64,000 nucleotides of DNA from Bacteroidales bacterium (GCA_023229985.1 JALNYF010000003.1:650-64649), one strand, 5' to 3'. Shown: positions 8,221 through 18,259, counted from the stretch's first letter. Program-made: numbers and translations. The notes: generated by a model from the letters alone, not told the origin.

Positions 8221-9609
8221 CTATTTTTTGCACATCTTTTCCGCTACAACATATTGGTCAAAATCCGCTTCGGAAACAAATTGCAATTTCAAGGCTGCTT
8301 CTTTCAATGTCAGACCGTGCTCAAACGCATACTGCGCAATTTCCGCCGACTTGGCATAGCCAATGAGCGGATTGAGTGCCGTTACCAACATCAACGAATT
8401 CTCTAAATGTTCTGCAATCCGCTCTTGATTGGGCTGAACTCCCACCATACAATGTTGTCGAAACGAACAAACCGCGTCTGCCATTAACTCCGCTGAATTC
8501 ATCAAATTACTGCCAATCAACGGCATAAACACATTCAACTGAAGATGTCCCTGAAATGCGCCGCTGGTGATGGCAACATCATTCCCAATAATCTGACAAC
8601 AAACCATGGAAAGAGCTTCGCACTGAGTCGGATTCACCTTCCCCGGCATAATCGACGACCCTGGTTCATTCGCAGGCAACACCAACTCGCCAATTCCACA
8701 CCGCGGTCCCGACCCCAACAACCGCATGTCGTTCGCGATTTTCATCAAGGAGACAGCCGTCTTTTTCAATGCACCGGACACCTCCACCAACGAATCATGA
8801 CTCGCCATCGCCTCAAATTTATTCTCACACAACGTAAACCGCTCTCCCGTAAACTGATTAATGTATGCCACGGCTTTTTCATCATAGCCGTCCGGAGTAT
8901 TAAGACCGGTCCCGACTGCCGTCCCTCCAATAGGCAATTCCATGGCATGTTCCATCGCAAAATGCAATAAATCAATACTATGCTGCATTTGCGAAACATA
9001 AGCCGAAAATTCCTGCCCCAAGGTAAGCGGCGTAGCATCCATCAAATGAGTACGTCCAATTTTGACAATATCCCTAAATATTTGTGATTTTTCTTCAAAA
9101 ATATCGCGCAATGCTTCCAATGCCGGCAAGGTCTTGTCTATCAAGGTTTTCGCCACCGCAATCCGCATCGCTGTAGGAAATATATCGTTGGTAGATTGAG
9201 ATTTATTCACATCATCATTCGGGTGTATAAAACGTGTTATCTCTGCTATTTCGCCATTCTTAATCATCTCAGCACGATTGGATATAACCTCATTGACATT
9301 CATGTTGGTTTGCGTGCCTGAACCGGTTTGCCAGATCCGTAATGGAAACTCGGAATCCCATTTCCCGGCTATTATTTCATCGCAACAAGTCGCTATCAAG
9401 TCCCGCTTTTCCGGCGATAACGCCCCACAATCGCAATTACTGTAGGCTGCTGCTTTCTTGGCAAGTGCCAACGCATAAATGATTCCAAGCGGCATCCGCT
9501 CTTCGCCGATTTTAAAATTTTGCACGGCGCGTTCCGTCTGTGCGCCCCACATTCTGTTGGCCGGTATCTGGACTTCTCCAAAGCTGTCTTTTTCTATTCT
9601 GTTACTCAT
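8221..9609 (-). CDS. fumC: Class II fumarate hydratase
   Basis: GSSIMPGKVNPTQCE signature; 462 aa; full-length match to the FumC pattern. Confidence 0.95.
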   Translation of the reverse strand: MSNRIEKDSFGEVQIPANRMWGAQTERAVQNFKIGEERMPLGIIYALALAKKAAAYSNCDCGALSPEKRDLIATCCDEIIAGKWDSEFPLRIWQTGSGTQTNMNVNEVISNRAEMIKNGEIAEITRFIHPNDDVNKSQSTNDIFPTAMRIAVAKTLIDKTLPALEALRDIFEEKSQIFRDIVKIGRTHLMDATPLTLGQEFSAYVSQMQHSIDLLHFAMEHAMELPIGGTAVGTGLNTPDGYDEKAVAYINQFTGERFTLCENKFEAMASHDSLVEVSGALKKTAVSLMKIANDMRLLGSGPRCGIGELVLPANEPGSSIMPGKVNPTQCEALSMVCCQIIGNDVAITSGAFQGHLQLNVFMPLIGSNLMNSAELMADAVCSFRQHCMVGVQPNQERIAEHLENSLMLVTALNPLIGYAKSAEIAQYAFEHGLTLKEAALKLQFVSEADFDQYVVAEKMCKK

Positions 9610-9638
9610 TTCCGTCTCTTTATTTTGTAAATGAATCG

Positions 9639-9646
9639 CAAAAGTA
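9639..9646 (-). promoter_or_regulatory. -7 box TACTTTTG upstream of fumC
   Basis: CAAAAGTA on plus strand, 30 nt upstream of the ATG. Confidence 0.45.
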
Positions 9647-9687
9647 CAACAATTTTTTCATCGGAACACGATTTGTTTTCTTTTTTT

Positions 9688-9860
9688 GGGCGAGCCGGCT
9701 TTCCCACCCACCAGCCACCCACGCCGTCGGGCTGTCCGCTCCTACTCCACGCGGCTTCTTCCCCGTCGCAAAACAGCACCTAAATAATGCCATAAGTGAC
9801 TCCTCTTTCAACTCGTGCCGCGTGGGGTATCCGCTCCCATCCCTCTCGCAATCGGAATGT
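9688..9860. other. GC-rich non-coding island with a degenerate 20-nt direct repeat and a 9-bp inverted repeat (candidate structured RNA or REP-like element)
   Basis: GGGCTGTCCGCTCCTACTCC (9729-9748) vs GGGGTATCCGCTCCCATCCC (9824-9843) match at 15/20. CCACGCGGC (9747-9755) pairs with GCCGCGTGG (9817-9825). Composition contrasts sharply with the AT-rich flanks. Confidence 0.3.
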
Positions 9861-9881
9861 CAATTCATTTCCAACTCATCG

Positions 9882-11603
9882 CTATTCGCCCACCACTAGA
9901 ACACGCTTTATCCAAAGTCCCAGCGGCTCAAGCGCATCACACGGCGAAGCCGATTGAAGTTGAAAAGCAGTCTTCCCTTCTTTCAATTCAAAAGTCCCGA
10001 CAAAAGCGGTTTGCAAAACATCGTCAACCCCCGGCAATATGGCTTTAACTGTTTGATTGCCAAATGAAAATAGATAATTCTTAGAAATAAACATGGGATA
10101 ATACTCAATCCAGACCTTGTATTTTCCGGCTGTTTGAATCGATAAATTCCACTCTTTCCAAGAATCATTTTGTAAAGAAACATATCCCATACCATCAAAA
10201 GCCGCATGTGTCAGCCCATTATCGGGAGTTAAGACAAAGTTGTTCTTTTCAGGTAAAAGATAATAGGATTGAATGATAGGATTTTCCGCAAATTCCAGAA
10301 CCAATACGTGCCAACCCTCCCCAACCGGTGCCACAAATCTCAAGGCACAACCTTGGTCTATCGGGGTCACAGTTACCTTATTCTTAGCATAAAGGAAATA
10401 TGCTTTTTCAACCTTAGTGATTAAATTTCGACATTCTATCACTGTATCTGACTGTCGTACAAAGAAATAAATTTTATTGTCTTTTTGTGTACAATAGGCA
10501 TTTTTTAAATGAGGGAATGGACAGGCTGTCGTGGCATAAATACTCTCCTGATTTTGTGCTATCCACTGACCCATTTCTTGCAGGACATCCTTTTCAAAAT
10601 CAATTACTTTCCCATCTCCATCCGGACCAATATTCAATAGAAAAACACCCCCGTGACTGACTGTATTAATCAGTCGTTCTATTTGCAAAAGGGCTTTAAG
10701 GTGAGAATCTCCGCGGTTTTCCCACGAACGATAACCCCACGTGCCATACATTGAAGCCGGATTATCCCAAGGAATATCGCTAAAACCGACCATTTGACTA
10801 TTGTCGGTGAGTGTATAATAATCACCCTGATTATTCATTAATCTGCCATTAATCAAGCAATTAGGTTGATAACGAAGCACAGTTTGTCGAAACCTGCTAC
10901 TTTGTTCGGGAGTAGCCAATCCCATATCGAACCATAAAGTCACTAAATCTCCATATTGCGTAAGCAATTCTTGAAGTTGTGCATCAATATAGTTTTCCAA
11001 TTCGGGGGTAATCTGCTCCAACGGACTATACAATTGATTGATGTGTTGGGTACAATTTGTCAATGTGTCAACCGGATTTCGTGGAATCCCGCCGGCATAA
11101 TACCAATCGGGAAGGGAGTAATAGAGTCCCAACTGCAAATTGTATTTTTTGCAAGCGGCGGCAAGTTCCTGAATTGGGTCACGGGCAAAAGGAGTAGCCT
11201 CCACCACATTGTACGGAGTGGTTCTCGTTCTGAACATACAAAAACCGTCGTGATGTTTCGCCGTAAAGACAATATATTTCATACCGGCATCTTTGGCGAG
11301 GCGGACAATTTCATCGGCATTCCAATCGGGTGCTTCGAATTGAGCAGCAATTGTGGCATACTCGGCGGTATCAATTCGCGCATGATTCATGATTTGCTCG
11401 GCATAATAAGGAATATTTTGTCCCTTCCACACTCCGCCCGGCACCGAATAAAGCCCCCAATGGATAAACATTCCAAACTTACAATCTTGCCATTTCCGCA
11501 AAACCACTTGACGTTCAGAATTGACAGATTGTGGAAATAATGAAAAATGGCAGAAATTGAGAAACAATAAGCTCAATAGCAACCCAACAATGTATTTTCT
11601 CAT
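9882..11603 (-). CDS. GH29 alpha-L-fucosidase with C-terminal carbohydrate-binding-like domain, signal peptide
   Basis: FGMFIHWGLYSVPG and HHDGFCMF motifs. Start set to MRKYIVGLLLSLLFL (11603) because the -7 box at 11624-11631 lies inside the longer track ORF. Confidence 0.85.
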   Translation of the reverse strand: MRKYIVGLLLSLLFLNFCHFSLFPQSVNSERQVVLRKWQDCKFGMFIHWGLYSVPGGVWKGQNIPYYAEQIMNHARIDTAEYATIAAQFEAPDWNADEIVRLAKDAGMKYIVFTAKHHDGFCMFRTRTTPYNVVEATPFARDPIQELAAACKKYNLQLGLYYSLPDWYYAGGIPRNPVDTLTNCTQHINQLYSPLEQITPELENYIDAQLQELLTQYGDLVTLWFDMGLATPEQSSRFRQTVLRYQPNCLINGRLMNNQGDYYTLTDNSQMVGFSDIPWDNPASMYGTWGYRSWENRGDSHLKALLQIERLINTVSHGGVFLLNIGPDGDGKVIDFEKDVLQEMGQWIAQNQESIYATTACPFPHLKNAYCTQKDNKIYFFVRQSDTVIECRNLITKVEKAYFLYAKNKVTVTPIDQGCALRFVAPVGEGWHVLVLEFAENPIIQSYYLLPEKNNFVLTPDNGLTHAAFDGMGYVSLQNDSWKEWNLSIQTAGKYKVWIEYYPMFISKNYLFSFGNQTVKAILPGVDDVLQTAFVGTFELKEGKTAFQLQSASPCDALEPLGLWIKRVLVVGE

Positions 11604-11623
11604 AAGTATAATATTTAAGACGA

Positions 11624-11631
11624 CAAAGATA
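11624..11631 (-). promoter_or_regulatory. -7 box TATCTTTG upstream of the fucosidase gene
   Basis: CAAAGATA on plus strand, 21 nt upstream of the ATG at 11603. Confidence 0.45.
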
Positions 11632-11662
11632 GAAAAACTTTTCAAAGAAAAGAAAAAATATG

Positions 11663-13444
11663 CTATCTGAGCGATTTGGAATCTTCAACTTTCCGTTTGG
11701 CAAACAAAGCAGCACCGTAGGCACCCATCAACTCGGGCATATCGGAAACGTGGACTTTACACTGTGTCAAAAGTTCGAGACAGCGCACGATAGAAAAATT
11801 CTTAAATGTCCCACCTTGCACAACAATACAGGGACCCAACTCAGCGAAAGTCTTCACTTTCAATACTTTAAACAGACAATTTTTAATAACGGAATAGGAC
11901 AATCCGGCGGCGATATCTTCAATCTTGGCACCTTCGCGGAGGATTTGTTTTACTTTCGAGTTCATAAAAACGGTGCAGCGCGTCCCCAAGTCAGCCGGTT
12001 GTTGCGAACGGCAAGCCATCGAAGCAAAATCCTCGACCTTCATACCGAGCATACCGGCAAAACCTTCAATGAAAGAACCGCAGCCGGAAGAGCAAGCTTC
12101 GTTAATTTCTAATCTGCGAATAGCACCATTTTCCACAAAAATGGCTTTCATATCTTGTCCGCCAATGTCCAAAATAAAGCTAACATCGGGCGAGATAGCA
12201 TGAGCAGCCACATAATGAGCCATCGTTTCAACTATCCCAAAATGAAGATTATAGGCTGTTTTGATTAAATTCTCTCCATAGCCGGTCACGGCACTCCCGA
12301 TAAAGGAGATATTTTTTTTCAATTTTGACAGTTCCTGCTTCAAACAGTCCATACCGGTATGAAAAACTTTTAGTGCATCGCCCTGATTCTTGGCATAATA
12401 GTCAAATACCACCTCTTCATTATGATTAATAACGACAATTTTAGTAGTCGTTGAGCCGGAATCAATGCCCAAGAAACATTGTTCCTGCTGATTTTCGGCA
12501 AGGGAAAGTCTGGGAATATGGACGTTCACTTTATCATTTTTCCACCGAACAAACTCATCATCTGATTTAAAAAGAGGAAGCAGCGAGGATTGCGGGGTAA
12601 ATTCTGTCATTCTGGTTTGCAGTTCATCCACTTTCTGAATCAGCTCTTGAAGCGAATGAGTGCTTTGATGCTCATCAATGGAGAGGGCTGTCCCGTGTGC
12701 GGGAACTAATTCGGGGTGAGCTGTACTAATCACATCGCTCTCGTCGATTTGCAAAAGATGTAAGTATGATTTTTTCAGTTCGGGGAGATATGCAAACGGA
12801 GCCCCACAGAAAAAGAGCTTCGGTTTCACATCGTACCCGCGCGACAAAGAGCTGATGGTTTGCAGAGCAACGGCGTGAAAAATAGACGCAACGATGTCGG
12901 TCTTGTCCACATTGCGGCTCACCAGATTTTGAATATCGGTTTTTGAAAAAACGCCACACCTCGAAGCAATGGAATAGATAGTTTCGGCTCGGCGGGCAAA
13001 ATCATTCAATTCTTCCATGGGAATTGCAAGCAAAGTCGCCATTTGGTCAATAAAAGCTCCTGTTCCGCCGGCACAACTCCCATTCATACGAATATCGGGC
13101 TGTTGATTGGGGTTAAAAAATATCATTTTGGCATCTTCCCCGCCAATATCAATAAAGGTTGAAACTCCCGGTACACAAGTCTGAACAAAACGAATGGAAG
13201 AAATAACTTCCTGATTAAAAGGAAGATTCAATTTTTCGGAAATGCCCATTCCAATTGAACCGGTGAACATAACCTGAAGAGACAGATCCCCGATTTGCTG
13301 TTTCATGTCAAGTAAAACATCTTTCAGAACGGGTAAAATCGCAGCTTGATGACGCTCATATTTTTGAAAAACGACGTTATCTTTTTCATCAATTAAAACG
13401 CACTTTATGCTGGTTGAACCAATATCTATTCCTAATCGCATCAT
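11663..13444 (-). CDS. Tandem-fused BcrAD/BadFG-family ATPase (2-hydroxyacyl-CoA dehydratase / benzoyl-CoA reductase type activase, two ASKHA modules)
   Basis: Two repeats of the activase pattern: [11 protein letters not shown]...[10 protein letters not shown]...[10 protein letters not shown] and [11 protein letters not shown]...[10 protein letters not shown]...TRCTVFMNS. The track start is a TTG; the ATG pair MMRLGIDIG at 13444/13441 is more likely. Confidence 0.8.
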   Translation of the reverse strand: MMRLGIDIGSTSIKCVLIDEKDNVVFQKYERHQAAILPVLKDVLLDMKQQIGDLSLQVMFTGSIGMGISEKLNLPFNQEVISSIRFVQTCVPGVSTFIDIGGEDAKMIFFNPNQQPDIRMNGSCAGGTGAFIDQMATLLAIPMEELNDFARRAETIYSIASRCGVFSKTDIQNLVSRNVDKTDIVASIFHAVALQTISSLSRGYDVKPKLFFCGAPFAYLPELKKSYLHLLQIDESDVISTAHPELVPAHGTALSIDEHQSTHSLQELIQKVDELQTRMTEFTPQSSLLPLFKSDDEFVRWKNDKVNVHIPRLSLAENQQEQCFLGIDSGSTTTKIVVINHNEEVVFDYYAKNQGDALKVFHTGMDCLKQELSKLKKNISFIGSAVTGYGENLIKTAYNLHFGIVETMAHYVAAHAISPDVSFILDIGGQDMKAIFVENGAIRRLEINEACSSGCGSFIEGFAGMLGMKVEDFASMACRSQQPADLGTRCTVFMNSKVKQILREGAKIEDIAAGLSYSVIKNCLFKVLKVKTFAELGPCIVVQGGTFKNFSIVRCLELLTQCKVHVSDMPELMGAYGAALFAKRKVEDSKSLR

Positions 13445-13501
13445 TCTATATCCATTTAACAACAAGCGTTCGTTTTCTTACATATTTGAGAAATTTGGCG
13501 G

Positions 13502-13509
13502 CAAAATTA
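13502..13509 (-). promoter_or_regulatory. -7 box TAATTTTG upstream of the activase gene
   Basis: CAAAATTA on plus strand, 58 nt upstream of the ATG. Confidence 0.4.
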
Positions 13510-13571
13510 CACTATTTTATTCAAAAAACGGCCATCTGCAAATAAATTTTATACATATAAAATAATTTTAG

Positions 13572-13579
13572 TATTTTTG
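13572..13579 (+). promoter_or_regulatory. -7 box TATTTTTG upstream of the TPR gene pair
   Basis: 36 nt upstream of the ATG at 13615. Confidence 0.45.
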
Positions 13580-13614
13580 CAACTTCAAAAAATGAGTCTT
13601 TTAAAAGTAAAATA

Positions 13615-14799
13615 ATGAAAAGAAACATCCTTATAAGTCTGATATTGTTCTCATGTTGCGGACTTATGGCTCAGAAATATTCTCCAATGAGAGCTTATAA
13701 TCTTTACTTTGAGCAAAATTATACAGCCGCTAAAGAGTGTATTGATTGGTGCATTCAAGATGAAAAATACAATACGAAAGCCAATACATGGTTGTATAAA
13801 GCCAATATCTATTATCGTTTGGCAAGTGAGGAGTATTCCAAAAAGCAACAAGACACGACCTTTCACATCACCGTGCCCACTGCACCGCAAGAATCATTTG
13901 CTGCCTTTCAAAAAGCAGTTGAGTTGAATAAGGATATCGAAGCCTCCGATATGCTTTCCCCACAGGAAGCCCTTCCCCGTCTCTACCCCCTCCTTTTTCT
14001 CGAAGGCGTAAACAGCATTATTGCCCAAAATTGGGCTAACGCAAAGTCTATTTTGGAAAAAGCAATTACCAGCTATGAAATTCAACAACCCGAATATCCG
14101 TTAGATGGCGAGTTATACTACTATTACGCTTACACTTTGGAGATGCTCAATTTGCCCGAGCAAGCTCAAGTCAATTATCAAAAAGCAATCAATGATAATT
14201 CTAACAATATCAATGTTTATTTAAGATTGATAGAGAGTTATAAAAAAGCGGGCGACAAAAAAGCCGTCACGGATTTAATACAAAAAGGCAAACAAAAGAA
14301 TCCGAATAATCCCAATATTTTGGTAGCAGAGGCAGATTATTATTTTTGGAATAATGAAAAAGAAAAAGGAAGAACACTCCTAAAACAACTGCCGCCCTCT
14401 GTTTATGGCTCAATTGATGCAATTGTAAACATCGCTAATTTGTATATTTCTGACAGTAATTTTATTGAAGCAGAATCATTGTTAAAACGTGCCTATCAAA
14501 GCATGCCCGACAATCACATTATTGCCCATAACTTAGGCGTTTGCTGCGATTATATCGGAAACGTCAAATACTTGGAAGCCAATAAATTAGACCTTCAAGG
14601 TAAAAAAGATGAAGCAAACCAGATCAAGAAACAGGCTGATGATTATCTCCAACAAGCCGCCATCTATTTTGAAAAAGTCGTTGCTCACGATTCAACAGAT
14701 ATTATGATATTGCGTAAACTAAAAGAGATCTATTCGCGTTTAATGTTAGATGATAAAATTCAACAAACAGAGAGTCGGATTCAAAAATTGGAAAAATAA
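13615..14799 (+). CDS. Secreted TPR-repeat protein (paralogue 1)
   Basis: Signal peptide MKRNILISLILFSCCGLMAQ; repeated A-x-x-Y-Y/N-L-G helical-repeat pattern; shares motifs with the next gene. Confidence 0.6.
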   Translation: MKRNILISLILFSCCGLMAQKYSPMRAYNLYFEQNYTAAKECIDWCIQDEKYNTKANTWLYKANIYYRLASEEYSKKQQDTTFHITVPTAPQESFAAFQKAVELNKDIEASDMLSPQEALPRLYPLLFLEGVNSIIAQNWANAKSILEKAITSYEIQQPEYPLDGELYYYYAYTLEMLNLPEQAQVNYQKAINDNSNNINVYLRLIESYKKAGDKKAVTDLIQKGKQKNPNNPNILVAEADYYFWNNEKEKGRTLLKQLPPSVYGSIDAIVNIANLYISDSNFIEAESLLKRAYQSMPDNHIIAHNLGVCCDYIGNVKYLEANKLDLQGKKDEANQIKKQADDYLQQAAIYFEKVVAHDSTDIMILRKLKEIYSRLMLDDKIQQTESRIQKLEK

Positions 14800-14828
14800 T
14801 ATAACTCACATTAAAATATAAAAAATTT

Positions 14829-16016
14829 ATGAAAAAATTGTTTTTATTAGCTCTTATCGGAGTGTTGGTAAGCAGCAGTTATGCTCAAAGTTGTTTGGGA
14901 GATGTTTGGCAATCTCTTCAAAATCATAAAATTATGGAAGCCAAGAAAAAAATTGACGAATGCATGGTCGGCAATGAACAGAGTGCAAAAGCTTGGTTAT
15001 ACAAAGGAAATGTCTATTTAAGTGTCTTCAATCAAGATGAAGAAAGATTGAAGAAAAACCCTGAATATGTATCCAAAAACCCGGATGCCATTTGGGTAGC
15101 CTACGAAAGTTTTTACAAAGCATTGGAAATCAACAAGGATATTGCAGGGGAAGATGGTTTAATCAGTGCCAAAGAAGGGCAGTTGCTTTGCGGAAAGCCT
15201 TTTTATGAAAGAGGAATTGCCGCCAAAGATGCCAAAGATTATCCAAATGCAGAGAAACTTCTGAGAGCCGCCATTAGATGTTTCAACTTGGACGACGGTT
15301 ATAAAAAATATTTAGGCTATTTGTACTATGATTTAGCCAACGTTACATTAGAATTAAAAGGAGAAGAAGCCTATAAAGAAATTTTGGAAGAAGCCTACAA
15401 AGCCAATACCGACAGAGTTCAGATTTATCATCTTCTCTATCAAATTTATTCAAATGAAAAGGATTCTGTAAAATGCGGGGCACTTATCAAAAAAGCAAAA
15501 AAGAATGTCGCAGAAAAAGATCAAACCAGCATTTTTGTTTTAGAGCTGAGTTATTGGGCTAACATTGGCGATACTACCAACCTATATAAAACTGTAGCTG
15601 AAATTGGAACAAAATTTGATTCGATTCCTGCCATCATTACCGATGCAGCAACATATTTGATTGATGCAAAGCAATTTGAAAAAGCAACTGAACTTACTCA
15701 AAAAGGACTGGAAAAAAATCCCAATGATTTCTCACTCAACAGTATCATGGCATATTGTTACTATAAAGAAACCAACGAGTTTATCAAATTAGGAAACGCA
15801 GCTGTTATGGCCCAAGACTTTGAATTGGCAAATCACTATAAAACTTTGAAAGATAGCTGCCTTATGAAAGCTCACGACTGGGCAGAAAAAGCCTATCAGA
15901 TTCAGCCCAGAGATTTTTCTAACGCCTCGATGTTAAAGCAATTAAAATTGCAATTGATGAAAGAAGTTCCGGCAGAATTAAATGCCATTATTGAAGAAAC
16001 AAAACCCAAACAATAG
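14829..16016 (+). CDS. Secreted TPR-like repeat protein (paralogue 2)
   Basis: Signal peptide MKKLFLLALIGVLVSSSYAQ. AKAWLYKGNVYLSVF and FYKALEINKDIAG parallel KANTWLYKANIYYRLA and FQKAVELNKDIEA of the upstream gene. Confidence 0.6.
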   Translation: MKKLFLLALIGVLVSSSYAQSCLGDVWQSLQNHKIMEAKKKIDECMVGNEQSAKAWLYKGNVYLSVFNQDEERLKKNPEYVSKNPDAIWVAYESFYKALEINKDIAGEDGLISAKEGQLLCGKPFYERGIAAKDAKDYPNAEKLLRAAIRCFNLDDGYKKYLGYLYYDLANVTLELKGEEAYKEILEEAYKANTDRVQIYHLLYQIYSNEKDSVKCGALIKKAKKNVAEKDQTSIFVLELSYWANIGDTTNLYKTVAEIGTKFDSIPAIITDAATYLIDAKQFEKATELTQKGLEKNPNDFSLNSIMAYCYYKETNEFIKLGNAAVMAQDFELANHYKTLKDSCLMKAHDWAEKAYQIQPRDFSNASMLKQLKLQLMKEVPAELNAIIEETKPKQ

Positions 16017-16022
16017 TTTTCT

Positions 16023-16829
16023 ATGAAGAGAATTCTCGTTCTGCTCCTTATTGCGTTTGCTTTCAATCAATTAAATTTATCGGCAACCAATACGGTTTCT
16101 ACAGACACTTCCACCAATACAATATCCAATGATACAATTAAACCGGCTCAGGAAGCCGGTTTAATTGTTAGGATCGGAAATTGGTACACCGAAAATCTGA
16201 ATTATTACAGTGTCACAGCATTGATGACGATTGAAAGTTCTTTCATTCCGTTCCCGTCGGAAATCGTTGTTCCACCCGCCACTTATGCCGCCTGCACTCC
16301 CGGTTCCTCTCTGTATGTTACCGAATCTGAAATCCTGAATGTGATTATAGTTATACTTTTTGCCACCTTAGGTGCTCTCATTGGTGCAATTATCAACTAC
16401 ATCCTCGCCTATTATTTGGGACGTCCCATCATCTATTGGTTCGCGGACAGTAAATTAGGTCGCTTTTTTTTATTAAGTAGTGATAAAATAAAAAATGCGG
16501 AATCTTATTTCGTAAAGCATGGAAAATCCTCTACACTTATTGGAAGATTAGTGCCCGGAATCCGACAACTCATTTCCATTCCTGCCGGCTTAGCCAAAAT
16601 GCCCTTTGCCCCATTTATCCTCTTTACCACCATCGGTGCCACGCTTTGGAATACTATTCTCGCCGTACTCGGCTACATTGCTCACGGCAGAAAAGATTTG
16701 ATTGACCAATACAGCAATGAACTTTCTTGGGGACTCTTAGGTCTCGGCATCGTTTTCGTTCTATACTTAATTTATAAAGGTTATAAAAGCCGTAAGAAAA
16801 AAAATCTTCAACCGGAAACAAACGAATGA
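16023..16829 (+). CDS. DedA/VTT-domain membrane protein with Thr/Ser-rich N-terminal extension
   Basis: LIGRLVPGIRQLISIPAGLAKMPFAPFILFTTIGATLWN is the DedA signature region. Confidence 0.8.
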   Translation: MKRILVLLLIAFAFNQLNLSATNTVSTDTSTNTISNDTIKPAQEAGLIVRIGNWYTENLNYYSVTALMTIESSFIPFPSEIVVPPATYAACTPGSSLYVTESEILNVIIVILFATLGALIGAIINYILAYYLGRPIIYWFADSKLGRFFLLSSDKIKNAESYFVKHGKSSTLIGRLVPGIRQLISIPAGLAKMPFAPFILFTTIGATLWNTILAVLGYIAHGRKDLIDQYSNELSWGLLGLGIVFVLYLIYKGYKSRKKKNLQPETNE

Positions 16830-17569
16830 CAACTTTCGGGATAATCGGATCACCCCTTCAGCAGAGCTTCTCACCCCTCTTTTTTCAAAATAAATTTAAA
16901 AAAGAACACCTCGATGACTATAACTACCAACTGTTCCCGCTGAATACCATTAACGATTTCCCCGCTCTTATTGCGCAACACCGCGATTTGGCAGGACTGA
17001 ATGTCACCATTCCCTTTAAACAATCGATTATCTCTTTTTTAGACAACATTGACCCGACAGCAGAGGCTATTGGCGCAGTGAATGTTGTCAAAATTATGAG
17101 AAACGGTGATACAATCACCACTTTCGGTTACAATAGCGATTGCATCGGATTCGAAAAAGCACTGCTATCCTTTATGCCCGTTCTGCCACCGCAAGCGTTG
17201 ATTTTGGGTAGCGGAGGCGCAGCACAAGCCGTGGCCTTCACCTTCAAAAAATTAAACGTTTCTTTTCAATTTGTATCCAGAAAAAATAATTCTAATTATC
17301 TTTCATACAATAGCTTAACAAAAGAAATCATTCACAATTATCCCCTAATTGTGAACACCACCCCGCTGGGAATGTTTCCGCATATCTCGGAATGTCCCGC
17401 CATTCCATACTCCTTTTTATCTCCGAACCACTATTTGTTTGATTTAATCTATCATCCTAATTGTACTTTATTTATGGAAAACGGGAAGAAATATGGTGCC
17501 CAAACTTGCAACGGATTAGAAATATTACGAGAACAAGCCGAAGAGAGTTGGCGCATTTGGCAGAGCTAA
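16826..17569 (+). CDS. aroE: Shikimate dehydrogenase
   Basis: FGIIGSPLQQSFSP, GLNVTIPFK and LGSGGAAQAV motifs; start overlaps the dedA stop (ATGA). Confidence 0.85.
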   Translation: MTTFGIIGSPLQQSFSPLFFQNKFKKEHLDDYNYQLFPLNTINDFPALIAQHRDLAGLNVTIPFKQSIISFLDNIDPTAEAIGAVNVVKIMRNGDTITTFGYNSDCIGFEKALLSFMPVLPPQALILGSGGAAQAVAFTFKKLNVSFQFVSRKNNSNYLSYNSLTKEIIHNYPLIVNTTPLGMFPHISECPAIPYSFLSPNHYLFDLIYHPNCTLFMENGKKYGAQTCNGLEILREQAEESWRIWQS

Positions 17570-17616
17570 AAATGCAAAATCAAGACATTTTTTTTCGCCC
17601 AAACCATTTTTTATCG

Positions 17617-17624
17617 TAAATTTG
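17617..17624 (+). promoter_or_regulatory. -7 box TAAATTTG upstream of ribE
   Basis: 24 nt upstream of the ATG at 17648. The leader is too short for an FMN riboswitch. Confidence 0.4.
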
Positions 17625-17647
17625 CCGCAATTTTTAATACCACCATT

Positions 17648-18259
17648 ATGTTTACAGGAATCGTAGAAAAAACAGGAAAAATTGTTAGAATTGAGAAAGA
17701 AAACAGTAACTACCATTTTACCATTGAAGTAGATTTTGCCGATGAACTTAAAATTGACCAAAGTATGGCTCACGACGGCTGCTGCTTGACCATCATTAAA
17801 ATTGACCCGAAACTTAAACAATATGTCGTTACGGCAATGGACGAAACAATGTTGAAAACCAACCTCAGAAATTGGAAAGTGGGCTATGAAGTGAACTTGG
17901 AACGCAGCATGAAATTGGACGGACGCTTCGACGGACACATTGTTCAAGGTCACGTGGACCAAACCGCAACCTGCGAAAAAGTAATAGATGACAACGGAAG
18001 CTGGCGTTACTACTTCAATTATGAACCGATGCAAAACAATATCACCGTTCCGAAAGGTTCTATTTCCGTCAATGGCGTGAGTCTGACAGTAGTAGATTCC
18101 GAAATCGGACATTTTTCGGTAGCCATTATTCCTTACACACAAAAAGTTACAAATTTCCACAACTTTGCAATAGGAACCATCGTGAATATCGAATTTGATG
18201 TCTTCGGGAAATACGTGCAACGACTTTTGGAGCAATACGGCTACATGAATAAACAATAA
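17648..18259 (+). CDS. ribE: Riboflavin synthase
   Basis: MFTGIVE start and duplicated lumazine-binding repeats (GSISVNGVSLTV). Confidence 0.9.
   Translation: MFTGIVEKTGKIVRIEKENSNYHFTIEVDFADELKIDQSMAHDGCCLTIIKIDPKLKQYVVTAMDETMLKTNLRNWKVGYEVNLERSMKLDGRFDGHIVQGHVDQTATCEKVIDDNGSWRYYFNYEPMQNNITVPKGSISVNGVSLTVVDSEIGHFSVAIIPYTQKVTNFHNFAIGTIVNIEFDVFGKYVQRLLEQYGYMNKQ

Noticed and set aside
9540-9899. 119-aa (plus) and 63-aa (minus, 9620-9811) ORFs across the GC-rich intergenic island
   Set aside because: They are low-complexity products that span the fumC promoter and start. They have no start context, and the open frames are explained by local GC richness. Treated as a non-coding element instead.
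8545-11540. Antisense ORFs inside fumC (8545-8970, 8766-9038) and the fucosidase gene (10956-11540, 194 aa)
   Set aside because: They are shadow ORFs opposite strongly supported genes, with no motifs.
17570-17647. FMN riboswitch upstream of ribE
   Set aside because: The spacer is only 78 nt and contains a promoter box 24 nt from the ATG. There is no room or conserved core sequence for an FMN aptamer.
17525-18256. 243-aa ORF antisense to ribE
   Set aside because: It fully overlaps a confidently identified riboflavin synthase gene, has no recognisable motifs and has an odd composition. It is a typical shadow ORF.
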